Of a DNA stretch of 64,000 nt, positions 11,075 to 20,412 are shown piece by piece. The position numbers and the translations under genes were made by a program. Position 1 is the first letter of the stretch; each line of letters opens with the position of its first letter. Under the pieces are notes generated by a model. It ran no database searches and was not told the DNA's origin. It saw only the letters and a list, made by a program, of their open reading frames with translations. Location of the stretch: NCBI GenBank assembly GCA_046759445.1, contig JBHICG010000006.1, positions 1 through 64,000 on the forward strand, in the 5' to 3' direction. This DNA is from Candidatus Scalinduaceae bacterium. Lineage in GTDB: Bacteria > Planctomycetota > Brocadiia > Brocadiales > Scalinduaceae.

Positions 11075-11595
11075 TTTACTTTAAATGAGTTAACTACACG
11101 ATTTTTAGGATAAGTATTTTAAAAGAAAAATATTATAAATGAAAGTATAAATTAAAATATTTATCCTTTAATTAGCATTATCAACCATTTCTGATATTCT
11201 CTTGCGCTAGAAAATGCATGTGCTATCTTTTACATTGAGATAAAAGTGAAATAGTAAGGCATAGTTGCTAATACCCAAGATTCAGAATATGTCAGGAATA
11301 CAACCTCTGATTGCCAATTATAAGTACCCCCTTATACATTACTATTTGCTTGAAACAGGTTACTATTTGGGGAGGGGAAGGGTATAGATTTACAAAAGAT
11401 GTTTTGCAATTTACATTTTTTAGCAAAGATGTCATAATTACGTTACAGTAGATGTTAGAAAACAGCTAACCTACCTGATATTTTCGGGTATTTAAGCTTT
11501 CCGCAACTGAAACTAATTAGATGTGTATTTTGCAAATGTAACAAGTTTGTTGCTCATTTTGTTTTTTGTTTAGAAGCGAATTGGAGGATATAGTT

Positions 11596-12420
11596 GTGCC
11601 AAAGATCATGGATGGTCGGAAACTGTCTAATGAAATTAAGGTAAGAGTAAAGAATGATGTAGAAAAGCTTAAAGAGCGTGGCATTGATGTTGGTCTTGCA
11701 CTCATGCTTGTTGGTGACAATCCAGCATCAAAGCAATATTTCCAGGCGATTTTGAAAGCTGCCAAAAAGGTTGGAATAAATGTATATGAATACGTTTTAC
11801 CTCCTAACGTTTCCGTTAATGAAATATTAAATCTGGTGCGTTCTATAAACAAAGATGAGAGAATAAATGGCCTTTTAGTTATTTTCCCATTACCTCAAAG
11901 GATTAATACAAGAAGGGTCGTAAACACTATCTCACCTGCAAAGGATATCGATGGACTTGGAGCGATTTCTGTAGGTAGGCTGGCTGCTGAGGAATCTACA
12001 TTACAAATATTCCGCGATAGCACATACGAGTCATTAATTGATGAAAGGCGTATACTGAATGTCTCGAATTTTCTTCCATGTACTCCATTTGGTGTTATCA
12101 GGCTACTTGAGTACTATGGAGTTGTCATAAAAGGGAAAAATGCGGTTGTTGTTGGTAAAAGCCTTGCTACTGGCAAGCCACTTTCTTTGATGTTGCTTGC
12201 TAAGGAGGCAACGGTAACCATTTGCCATAGATCAACACATAACCTTGAATTTCATCTAAAAAATGCTGATATTATTTGTTCAGCCACTGGAGTAAACAAT
12301 CTTATCAATGGAGATATGATAGATGATGGGGCCGTGGTTGTTGACATAGGGGTCAGTTTGCTTGATGAAGGCAAACTCGTCGGTGATGTTGATTTTGAAT
12401 CTGCTTCTAAAAAGACGTGA
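11596..12420 (+). pseudogene. folD: FolD-like methylene-THF dehydrogenase, C-terminally truncated
   Basis: GTG start after GGAGGA; KDIDG, PCTP, VVDIG, GDVDF; stops before the conserved ITPVPGGVGPMT motif. Confidence 0.7.
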
Positions 12421-12471
12421 GAGGGTGAGAGGGTCACATCTTTGATATTTGATATTGCTATCAAAACTGTT

Positions 12472-13230
12472 TCAACTCTTTCTAACGATTATTCCCTTAT
12501 TGGCTAAAAAATCTTTGACTGTAGCGATATCGAACTCTTTAAAATGGAAAATGGAGGCAGCTAAGGCTGCGTCTGCCTTGCCTGTAGTAAATACATCATA
12601 AAAATGTTTAAGTTTTCCCGCACCACCGGAAGCAATAATGGGTATCTCCAGATTATCAGAAATTTGTCTTGTCAACTCCAGATCGTATCCATCTTTAGTG
12701 CCATCACAATCCATACTGGTGAGGAGTATTTCTCCCGCACCTCTTGATTCTACTTCTCTGGCCCATTCAACGGCGTCTTTGCCAGTAGGGGTGCGTCCCC
12801 CGTTTATGAATACCTCCCATCCGTCTACTTCTCTTTTAGCATCAATGGCTACCACGATACATTGATTACCGAAGCGTTTTGAGGCTTTATTTACAAAATA
12901 AGGATCTTTTACGGCACTAGTGTTTATGGATACTTTGTCAGCGCCCGCCTTCAAAAGCCCTCTAATGTCCTCAATGGTGCGAATTCCACCACCAACCGTA
13001 AGAGGCATGAAAACATTTTCTGCCGTCCTGCTTACTACTTCAATTATAATATCTCTTTTTTCATGTGAGGCTGTTATATCAAGAAAGACTAGTTCATCGG
13101 CACATTGTTTGTCATATAACTCGGCAATTTCTACAGGATCACCAGAGTCTCTTAAATCCAAAAACCTTGTACCTTTTACGACTCTGCCATTCTTAACATC
13201 AAGGCAGGGAATTATTCTTTTTGCAAGCAA
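12472..13230 (-). CDS. hisF: Imidazole glycerol phosphate synthase cyclase subunit
   Basis: [27 protein letters not shown]. Confidence 0.97.
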   Translation of the reverse strand: MLAKRIIPCLDVKNGRVVKGTRFLDLRDSGDPVEIAELYDKQCADELVFLDITASHEKRDIIIEVVSRTAENVFMPLTVGGGIRTIEDIRGLLKAGADKVSINTSAVKDPYFVNKASKRFGNQCIVVAIDAKREVDGWEVFINGGRTPTGKDAVEWAREVESRGAGEILLTSMDCDGTKDGYDLELTRQISDNLEIPIIASGGAGKLKHFYDVFTTGKADAALAASIFHFKEFDIATVKDFLANKGIIVRKS

Positions 13231-13244
13231 TTATTTATATCCCA

Positions 13245-14015
13245 CTAGAAATCCTTTATTGGGCTGCTGGCCTTTGCATATAATCTTTTAGGTATTCTGC
13301 CTGATAGGTACGCTAAACGGCCAGATTCACATGCCAACTTCATTGCTCTAGCCATCTTAACGGGGTCTTTTGCCATAGCAATACCTGTATTCAATAATAC
13401 TCCATCACATCCAAGTTCCATAGCGATACTCACATCAGATGCTGTACCTACACCAGCATCAACTATGATGGGAACGCTTAATGTCTCAAGAATAATCCTT
13501 ATATTGTTTTGATTAAGTATACCCTGTCCTGAACCGATTGGAGCACCTGCAGGCATTACGCTAGTTGCACCAGCATCTTGTAACTTTTTAGCTACTATTG
13601 GATCGTCAGAGGTATAAACAAGAACGGTAAAACCTTCTTTTACCAATATTTCGGTAGCTTTCAAAGTTCCAACAGGGTCGGGTAAAAGAGTTTTTTCATC
13701 ACCCAAAACCTCTAGCTTTATCATATCGGAGATTTCCATTTCCCTTGCTAAACGCGCTGTTCTGACGGCTTCATCAGCCGAATAACAACCTGCGGTATTT
13801 GGCAATATCGTATATTTATCTTTGTCAATATTATCAAGCAATGATTCTCCAGACTTACTACCAATATTTGCGCGCCTTACTGCTACAGTAACAACCTCAG
13901 CCCCGCTGACCTCCAGGGCATCTTTCATAATATCAAATGTTTGATATTTTCCAGTTCCTACAAATATTCTGGATTTAAATTCATACTTGCCAAGCTTGAG
14001 AACCGTGTCTTCCAT
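13245..14015 (-). CDS. thiG: Thiazole synthase
   Basis: GTGKY, LPNTAGC, IKLEV, DAGVG; ATG 14015 follows the thiS stop. Confidence 0.97.
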   Translation of the reverse strand: MEDTVLKLGKYEFKSRIFVGTGKYQTFDIMKDALEVSGAEVVTVAVRRANIGSKSGESLLDNIDKDKYTILPNTAGCYSADEAVRTARLAREMEISDMIKLEVLGDEKTLLPDPVGTLKATEILVKEGFTVLVYTSDDPIVAKKLQDAGATSVMPAGAPIGSGQGILNQNNIRIILETLSVPIIVDAGVGTASDVSIAMELGCDGVLLNTGIAMAKDPVKMARAMKLACESGRLAYLSGRIPKRLYAKASSPIKDF

Positions 14016-14016
14016 C

Positions 14017-14220
14017 TCATCCTCCACCAACGAAGGTGACTATCTCCAAATTATCATTTTCCCATAGCTTTTTTTCACTGAATTGCTTGCGTGGAACTAT
14101 ATTAAGATTTAATTCCACAGCGACATATCTCTTATCAATACTCAGACTATCCAATAGCTCAGAGACTGAAATACCTCCTGGGAATCCCCTTTTTTTACCG
14201 TTTACTGTAACTTGCATCAT
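14017..14220 (-). CDS. thiS: Sulfur carrier protein
   Basis: 67 aa ending EIVTFVGGG, upstream of thiG. Confidence 0.95.
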   Translation of the reverse strand: MMQVTVNGKKRGFPGGISVSELLDSLSIDKRYVAVELNLNIVPRKQFSEKKLWENDNLEIVTFVGGG

Positions 14221-14224
14221 TAAG

Positions 14225-16549
14225 TTAAGACTCTAATTTAGCAAGATGTTTTTCTCTTATATACTTATCTATTGCGACAGCAGCCTTTTTACCGGCGCCC
14301 ATTGCAAGGATTACGGTTGCAGCTCCGGTTACAATGTCTCCCCCTGCGAACACACCGTCCCTAGATGTCAATCCTGTCTCTTCATCTGCAATAATGTTAC
14401 CTCTTCTATTTGTATTTAACCCTGGCGTTGTGGCAGGTATTAATGGGTTTGGACCATTGCCGATAGCAACTATCACGCATTCAACTTCTAAAACAGACTC
14501 AGAACCTTCGATAGGCGTAGGGCGTCTTCTGCCCGATTCATCTGGCTCACCTAATTCCATACTTATGCATTCCAAACCTTTCACCCATCCATCATCATCA
14601 CCTATAATCCTGATGGGATTCATTAAGAATTTGAACTTTAAGCCTTCTTCTTCACCATGATGTATTTCATCGATCCTTGCAGGCATCTCATTTCTGGATC
14701 TACGATAAACAACGTATATGTCCTCCCCTCCCAAACGTAAAGCCGTTCTTGCTGCGTCCATTGCTACGTTTCCGCCACCTAATACAGCAACCTTCTTTTT
14801 CCTTAATATTGGTGTATCGTACTCTGGGTCATATGCCTTCATTAAATTTGCCCTGGTTAAATACTCGTTGGCTGAATATACACCGTTGAGATTTTCTCCT
14901 GGTATTTCCATAAAATATGGTAAGCCTGCACCTGTGCCCAGAAAAACTGCGTCAAAACCATTTTTTAGAAGTTCATCCACCGTCTCAATCTTTCCTATAA
15001 CAGAGTTTAGTTCAATCTTTACTCCCAATTTTCTTAAATAATCTACCTCAGATTCTACTATTGATTTCGGCAATCGGAATTCTGGTATTCCGTAAACCAA
15101 AACGCCTCCAGCTTTATGTAATGTCTCAAAGATGGTTACATCATGTCCCTTTTTTGCTAAATCCACAGCTACGGTAAGACCTGCAGGACCAGATCCTACC
15201 ACGGCAATCTTGTATCCGGTTTTTTCAGGTATATCTGGAATAAATTCATCACCATGTTCTCTTTCATAATCTGCTACAAACCTCTCTAGATTACCTATAC
15301 ATACGGGATCGGATTTCTTACCAACTATACAAACCTTTTCACATTGATCTTCCTGAGGGCATACTCTACCGCATATTGCTGGAAGGCTGTTTGTTTCTTT
15401 TATTTTTCGGGCTGCACCAATAAAGTCACCTTCACCTATAAGCTTAATAAACGCGGGAATATCTATATTAACGGGGCATCCCTCATAACATAAGGGTTTT
15501 TTACATTGAATACATCTGATGGCCTCCCTTTGAGCCTGTTCAACAGTATATCCAAAAGGAACCTCTTTGAAATTTTTTATTCTTGATTTTGCAGATTGCT
15601 GTGGCATTATTTGTCTTGGAATCTTTATACGTTTTTCTCCTTCTTTTAAAACAGTATCCTGACTCAAAAGCTCATTTTCAATCTTTTTATAGGTTTCTGT
15701 TTTTTCCTCATCCATACGGCACGGTTCTGCTTGAGCGTCTTTCTTGCTTTCCTCCGTTTCACTATCAGTATAAATCCTTAACCTCTTCATCAACATATCA
15801 AAGTCGACCAAATGGCCATCAAATTCAGGGCCGTCTACACAGGCAAATTTTGTCCGGCCGCCTACCTCTACACGACATGCACCACACATCCCGGTTGCGT
15901 CAACCATAATCGGGTTTAAGCTTACTATCGTTTTGATATTATATGGTTTAGTTACTTTGCATACAGCGGCCATAAGTGGTACGGGACCAACAGCAAATAC
16001 GATGTCAATTTTTTTCTTGTTATCAATCATCTCTTGAAGTATTTGTGTAGGAAAACCATGAAATCCTTTAGAGCCATCATCCGTAGCAATCAATAATTCC
16101 GCGCTGATTAAGCGCAATCGATCCTCCATTAACAATAAATCTTTATTTCTGGCGCTTATGATGGAAATCACATTATTTCCAGCTTCATGCAGTGCCTCTG
16201 TTATTGGCATTGCCAAAGCAATACCTAGGCCACCACCAATGCATACACTTGTTCCATAATTTTCAATATGAGTAGGATGTCCTAAGGGGCCCAAAATATC
16301 CTTTATACAATCGCCTGATTCTAAAGAGGCCAAATGTTGTGTAGTATGACCAACCGCTTGAAAAACTATGTCAATAGTGCCTTTATCCCTATCAGAACCA
16401 GCAATTGTTAATGGTACCCTTTCCCCTTTTTCATCAGTTATTAATACAACAAACTGACCAGCTTTTCTCTTATTAGCAATTTTTGGCGCATCGATCCTGA
16501 TAAGATAAATTGCTTCAGCAATCTTTTTTTTATCAACTATCTCGTACAC
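14225..16549 (-). CDS. Fused NfnA-NfnB (SudB/SudA-like) electron-bifurcating transhydrogenase; GltD-like C-terminal part
   Basis: N-part GMCGACRV..CVDGPEFD (2Fe-2S); C-part CIQCKKPLC..GCP, CGRVCP, GSGPAG, GGGNVAMD. Confidence 0.9.
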   Translation of the reverse strand: MYEIVDKKKIAEAIYLIRIDAPKIANKRKAGQFVVLITDEKGERVPLTIAGSDRDKGTIDIVFQAVGHTTQHLASLESGDCIKDILGPLGHPTHIENYGTSVCIGGGLGIALAMPITEALHEAGNNVISIISARNKDLLLMEDRLRLISAELLIATDDGSKGFHGFPTQILQEMIDNKKKIDIVFAVGPVPLMAAVCKVTKPYNIKTIVSLNPIMVDATGMCGACRVEVGGRTKFACVDGPEFDGHLVDFDMLMKRLRIYTDSETEESKKDAQAEPCRMDEEKTETYKKIENELLSQDTVLKEGEKRIKIPRQIMPQQSAKSRIKNFKEVPFGYTVEQAQREAIRCIQCKKPLCYEGCPVNIDIPAFIKLIGEGDFIGAARKIKETNSLPAICGRVCPQEDQCEKVCIVGKKSDPVCIGNLERFVADYEREHGDEFIPDIPEKTGYKIAVVGSGPAGLTVAVDLAKKGHDVTIFETLHKAGGVLVYGIPEFRLPKSIVESEVDYLRKLGVKIELNSVIGKIETVDELLKNGFDAVFLGTGAGLPYFMEIPGENLNGVYSANEYLTRANLMKAYDPEYDTPILRKKKVAVLGGGNVAMDAARTALRLGGEDIYVVYRRSRNEMPARIDEIHHGEEEGLKFKFLMNPIRIIGDDDGWVKGLECISMELGEPDESGRRRPTPIEGSESVLEVECVIVAIGNGPNPLIPATTPGLNTNRRGNIIADEETGLTSRDGVFAGGDIVTGAATVILAMGAGKKAAVAIDKYIREKHLAKLES

Positions 16550-17125
16550 AAGTTCTCCTTTCTATTATATTCTTATCCAATTAAAAATAGTTTAACCCTA
16601 AACACAATTTATCGATAGTGAAAATTTATGTATTTGTCAATCTGTACCTTTATGCTGCTTATACACAGGCATATTGGTGTGATTGGAACTGTAATGATCA
16701 ACTTAAACTCTTGATTTTACAGAACCAACTCTGTGAGAAGATAGGAAATCTTGAATTTGTTTTGATTTTGCTTTGTTTCCAATATCTCTTTTCAGTTATA
16801 CAGACAAACACGTAGTAACCAAGAATTGAGTTATAATATCTTAATATAATAAATGTCTTCTAAATTGTATTTTATGATGTTGTAGAAATAAATTTCCATG
16901 CATAGAATAAACCCAAAGTTTTACTTAATGAGTTTATAAGGTATTATACTCTTGTATTTTAAATTCACATTGATATAAATTCAAGGAAAAAGAGATTTGT
17001 ATAGAGTTCAAGTAATTTTGACACAAAAAAACTTGCATTAAAACCTTCTTTCATCGTAGGAGAAGCAAATAAGGTATTAAACTTGGATTATATCAAATCT
17101 ATAATGTTACAAATTCAAAGAGTCT

Positions 17126-17154
17126 TTGACAAGCCTTATATGTGCAGATATAAT
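17126..17154 (+). promoter_or_regulatory. Sigma70 promoter
   Basis: TTGACA-17 bp-TATAAT perfect consensus upstream of the UDG gene. Confidence 0.75.
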
Positions 17155-17261
17155 CTGGAGGTTTTAACAATTATATTCGGACTTAATCATCCAATACGTT
17201 TGGTACAGGACATAATGAAATTTTCTTGCCAGAAATTGATAAAATTTTAAGATATTAAAGG

Positions 17262-18053
17262 ATGAACGCATCACATCAAACAACCAAACTACAAGACATA
17301 ATGACTGAAACCTTAACGCTACTCAAAATAGTCTATGATAAAATTGATCTGGAAAGAAAATTTGGCATAAACCTCCTGCGATTGCCACACATAAATAAGC
17401 TTAATTACTCTTTTAGCAAAAATGCTACCTCTCCACAAATTTCTCAGAAGTCACTTTTTAATTCAGAAAACTCAATGAAAATGATTAGTAGAATCGAGAA
17501 GATCGAAAACCTTGAGAAATTAGAAGAACAAGTAAAAAAATGCGAAAAATGTGGCTTGTGCAAGAATAGAACAAACGTAGTCTTTGGAACGGGAAATCCT
17601 GACGCAGATCTCATGTTTGTTGGAGAGGCTCCAGGTTACTATGAGGACATCAAAGGTGAACCGTTTGTTGGAAGGGCAGGCCAACTCTTGACTAAGATTA
17701 TAGAATCAATAGGCTTAAAAAGGAGTGATGTTTATATTGCCAACATTTTGAAATGTCGTCCACCAGAAAATAGAAACCCAACTGCCAATGAAATAATTGT
17801 ATGTACGCCACATTTGATTAAGCAAATCGAGATAATATGTCCAAAGATAATCTGTGCATTAGGAACATTCGCAGCACAAACATTAGTTAACACTAAAAAA
17901 ACTATAGGTTCATTACGAGGGAAATTCCATGATTATCAAGGCACAAAGCTTTTAGCTACATACCATCCAGCTTATCTGCTTAGAAATCCCAATGAAAAAA
18001 AGAAGACATGGGAAGATATGAAAAAGATACGAGATTTCTTAAAAGAAATGTAA
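17262..18053 (+). CDS. Family-4 uracil-DNA glycosylase
   Basis: CEKCGLC Fe-S ligands, GEAPG, KCRPPENR, HPAYLLR. Confidence 0.93.
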   Translation: MNASHQTTKLQDIMTETLTLLKIVYDKIDLERKFGINLLRLPHINKLNYSFSKNATSPQISQKSLFNSENSMKMISRIEKIENLEKLEEQVKKCEKCGLCKNRTNVVFGTGNPDADLMFVGEAPGYYEDIKGEPFVGRAGQLLTKIIESIGLKRSDVYIANILKCRPPENRNPTANEIIVCTPHLIKQIEIICPKIICALGTFAAQTLVNTKKTIGSLRGKFHDYQGTKLLATYHPAYLLRNPNEKKKTWEDMKKIRDFLKEM

Positions 18054-18112
18054 TAGTTCATTACGGAATTTTCAAAAGTATTACACTGAATTATCAAAAT
18101 ATTCCTCTTTAC

Positions 18113-18212
18113 CCTGTTAGATAGAGAATATCAAGTACCTGTCCAAGATTAAATTTATATTTTCACTAATAAAGACACGAAATTATTTATGTTCAACTGC
18201 TTATCTAACAGG
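18113..18212. repeat. 100-bp element bounded by 11-bp inverted repeats (CCTGTTAGATA...TATCTAACAGG), MITE-like
   Basis: Perfect inverted repeat between convergent genes; a similar half-site CCCGTTAGAT lies near 54861. Confidence 0.45.
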
Positions 18213-18324
18213 ACGAGCCATTTCAAATCTATCAGCATTCTCTGTTATTCATTCCACGATTTACAAATAACAATTAACGAATAACTGGCTAATAATTTGT
18301 TCATTGTCCTGTCGTGGATGACGC

Positions 18325-19716
18325 TTATGCTATTTTGTCTTGAGAATTCCTGATGCAGTTATGTAAACTTTGTTTTATGTCATTTAAAAGGCCCAAATGA
18401 TTATTCACATTTTTGCCTTCTTTAATTAACTGAATGTATTGCTCAGATGTATAAAAGGCATTTGATATGTTTTTTTGCTGTCGCTTTGTGAAGATTATGG
18501 GCCTTTTAGGTACATATTCGGTATATTTCTTGAACTTGGCAATTAAGTTTTCTTCAAGCCTTGAAATACCATCACCTTTTATGGCAGATATTCGGCATAT
18601 TGGGTTTAATTGTTCTTCTTCAAGAGCTGATAAGTTTAATTTACGAGGTAAATCTATTTTATTTACTACTGTAACAACAGGCACTTTATCAAAATTGTTG
18701 TCTGTTTTATATTGCCGTAACTTATCCAGGATAAATTTCATTAGCTCCTTGTCTTCTTTTTCAATAGGTTTTGAATTGTCAAGGATGAACATAATCTTAT
18801 CTGCTTGTTTTAACTGTCTCTTACTTTCTAAGACGCCAAGTTCTTCTACTTTATGACTTGTTTCTCTAATACCAGCGGTATCAATGATTGTTAACGGTAT
18901 GCCATCAATAGAGATCATACTGTCAACGGCATCACTTGTTGTACCGGGTTCTGCATGCACAATTGATCTTTCCTCTTTTAAAAGTGCATTAATTAATGTT
19001 GATTTACCCACGTTAGGCTTTCCTGTAATGATGAGCCTTTGAGGTGATGTAATTGCGCAGCCAAATGCTGCAGTTTCTAATATTTCTTCTAATTTATCAT
19101 GAATATAATATAATTTTTCCTGCCAGAGATGGCCGTCCGAAATACTTGTCCGTGAGGAAGTAGTTTCGCAAGACCTAATATTCTTAACATTGTCTATCCA
19201 AATAATAAGGTTGATTATAAAAGAAGACAATGCACTATTATATTGGTCAAGAAGGATTTTTGCTCCTAATCTGGTTTTCGCTTGAGGAATTTCTATAAGG
19301 GCTTCTTTTTGAATAAGATCAATTTGGCTATTTGTAAGTGCGCATCTGGTTAATTCTACCCAATGAGCTTTCTTTGCTCCAGCAGAAACAATACATTCAA
19401 GTGTCTTCTTAACTGCCAGGATGCCACCATGACAATTAACCTCTACTAAATCTTCTCCCGTAAAACTATCTTTTTTGCGAAGTACATTTACAATTACTTC
19501 ATCAATAGTATTGCCATTTTCATAGATCTCACCGTAATAAAGTCTTTTCGATACAGCATTTCTAAGGTCTTTTTGTTTTTTCCCCCTGAATACGGCATTA
19601 ACGATTAAGAGTGAATGAGGTCCGGATACCTGTATTACACTTATCCCTCCTTCTCCAATTGGTGTAGTAATTGTTGCGATTGTTTCTCTGCTCATCGGGA
19701 ATTCAATTTTTACCAA
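18325..19716 (-). CDS. mnmE: MnmE/TrmE-like GTPase, atypical (no C-terminal CxGK)
   Basis: SFTGEDLVEVNCHGG, GKPNVGKS, DTAG, NKID. Confidence 0.8.
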   Translation of the reverse strand: MVKIEFPMSRETIATITTPIGEGGISVIQVSGPHSLLIVNAVFRGKKQKDLRNAVSKRLYYGEIYENGNTIDEVIVNVLRKKDSFTGEDLVEVNCHGGILAVKKTLECIVSAGAKKAHWVELTRCALTNSQIDLIQKEALIEIPQAKTRLGAKILLDQYNSALSSFIINLIIWIDNVKNIRSCETTSSRTSISDGHLWQEKLYYIHDKLEEILETAAFGCAITSPQRLIITGKPNVGKSTLINALLKEERSIVHAEPGTTSDAVDSMISIDGIPLTIIDTAGIRETSHKVEELGVLESKRQLKQADKIMFILDNSKPIEKEDKELMKFILDKLRQYKTDNNFDKVPVVTVVNKIDLPRKLNLSALEEEQLNPICRISAIKGDGISRLEENLIAKFKKYTEYVPKRPIIFTKRQQKNISNAFYTSEQYIQLIKEGKNVNNHLGLLNDIKQSLHNCIRNSQDKIA

Positions 19717-19786
19717 AATTGAGTGACATATCCTATTCCGAAATTACTGTTCGGTACCCGCCAGAACTCAGTTGGACTGACGGGTG

Positions 19787-19842
19787 GGTAGCTGCAACTT
19801 TAAGTTGCACAAAAAATCGCAGGCATAAAACCTGCGGCTACC
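19787..19842. repeat. GTAG-type REP doublet (REPIN-like)
   Basis: GGTAGCTGCAACTTTAAGTTGCA followed by inverted CGCAGGCATAAAACCTGCGGCTACC. Confidence 0.6.
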
Positions 19843-19927
19843 TTCTTAGTTTTTGTTTTGCGCAGCAAAACCAAGAAGTTAGCGACGAGAGGAGCTAAAT
19901 TCTCATTATATAAAAAGCCTTAGAACC

Positions 19928-19956
19928 TTGACAATGAAAATCCTCTTTACTATTAT
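19928..19956 (+). promoter_or_regulatory. Sigma70 promoter of the cyclophilin-like/glyS/xerD operon
   Basis: TTGACA-17 bp-TATTAT. Confidence 0.65.
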
Positions 19957-20036
19957 TAGTCAACTATGAATTTTAACACCTCTCAGAATATTGTATTTGA
20001 AGATGGTAATTACGGAATAGTGGGAAAGTTTTTGTT

Positions 20037-20411
20037 ATGAAAAGGATCAGGATTATTATAGAAGATATTTCTGCTGTAGCAGAACTTTCAGGTAGTAAGA
20101 CATCGGAAGCAATTTGGGATGCATTACCAATTGAAAATACTGTAAATACGTGGGGAGAAGAGATATATTTTGAAATTCCCGTTAAATCAGCCTTGGATGA
20201 GAATGCTAAAGAGATTGTAGAAAAGGGTGATCTGGGTTACTGGCCGACAGGAAAGGCATTTTGCATATTCTTTGGCCCAACTCCTGTGAGCCAGGGCGAT
20301 GAGATACGTCCTGCAAGCGCCGTTAACGTAATAGGAAAGGTTGAGGGTAGTCTAGGAGCGTTCAAAAGTGTAAGGGATGGTACTAAAATTAAGTTAGAAA
20401 AAATAGAATAA
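20037..20411 (+). CDS. Cyclophilin-like fold protein (TM1367/DUF369-like)
   Basis: WGEEIYF, GDLGYWP.GKAFCIFFGPTP. Confidence 0.85.
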   Translation: MKRIRIIIEDISAVAELSGSKTSEAIWDALPIENTVNTWGEEIYFEIPVKSALDENAKEIVEKGDLGYWPTGKAFCIFFGPTPVSQGDEIRPASAVNVIGKVEGSLGAFKSVRDGTKIKLEKIE

Positions 20412-20412
20412 T

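Noticed and set aside
12420..12471. Readthrough or frameshift restoring the FolD C-terminus
   Set aside because: No frame encodes PVPGGVG before hisF
16618..16815. 65-aa intergenic ORF
   Set aside because: No RBS or homology cues
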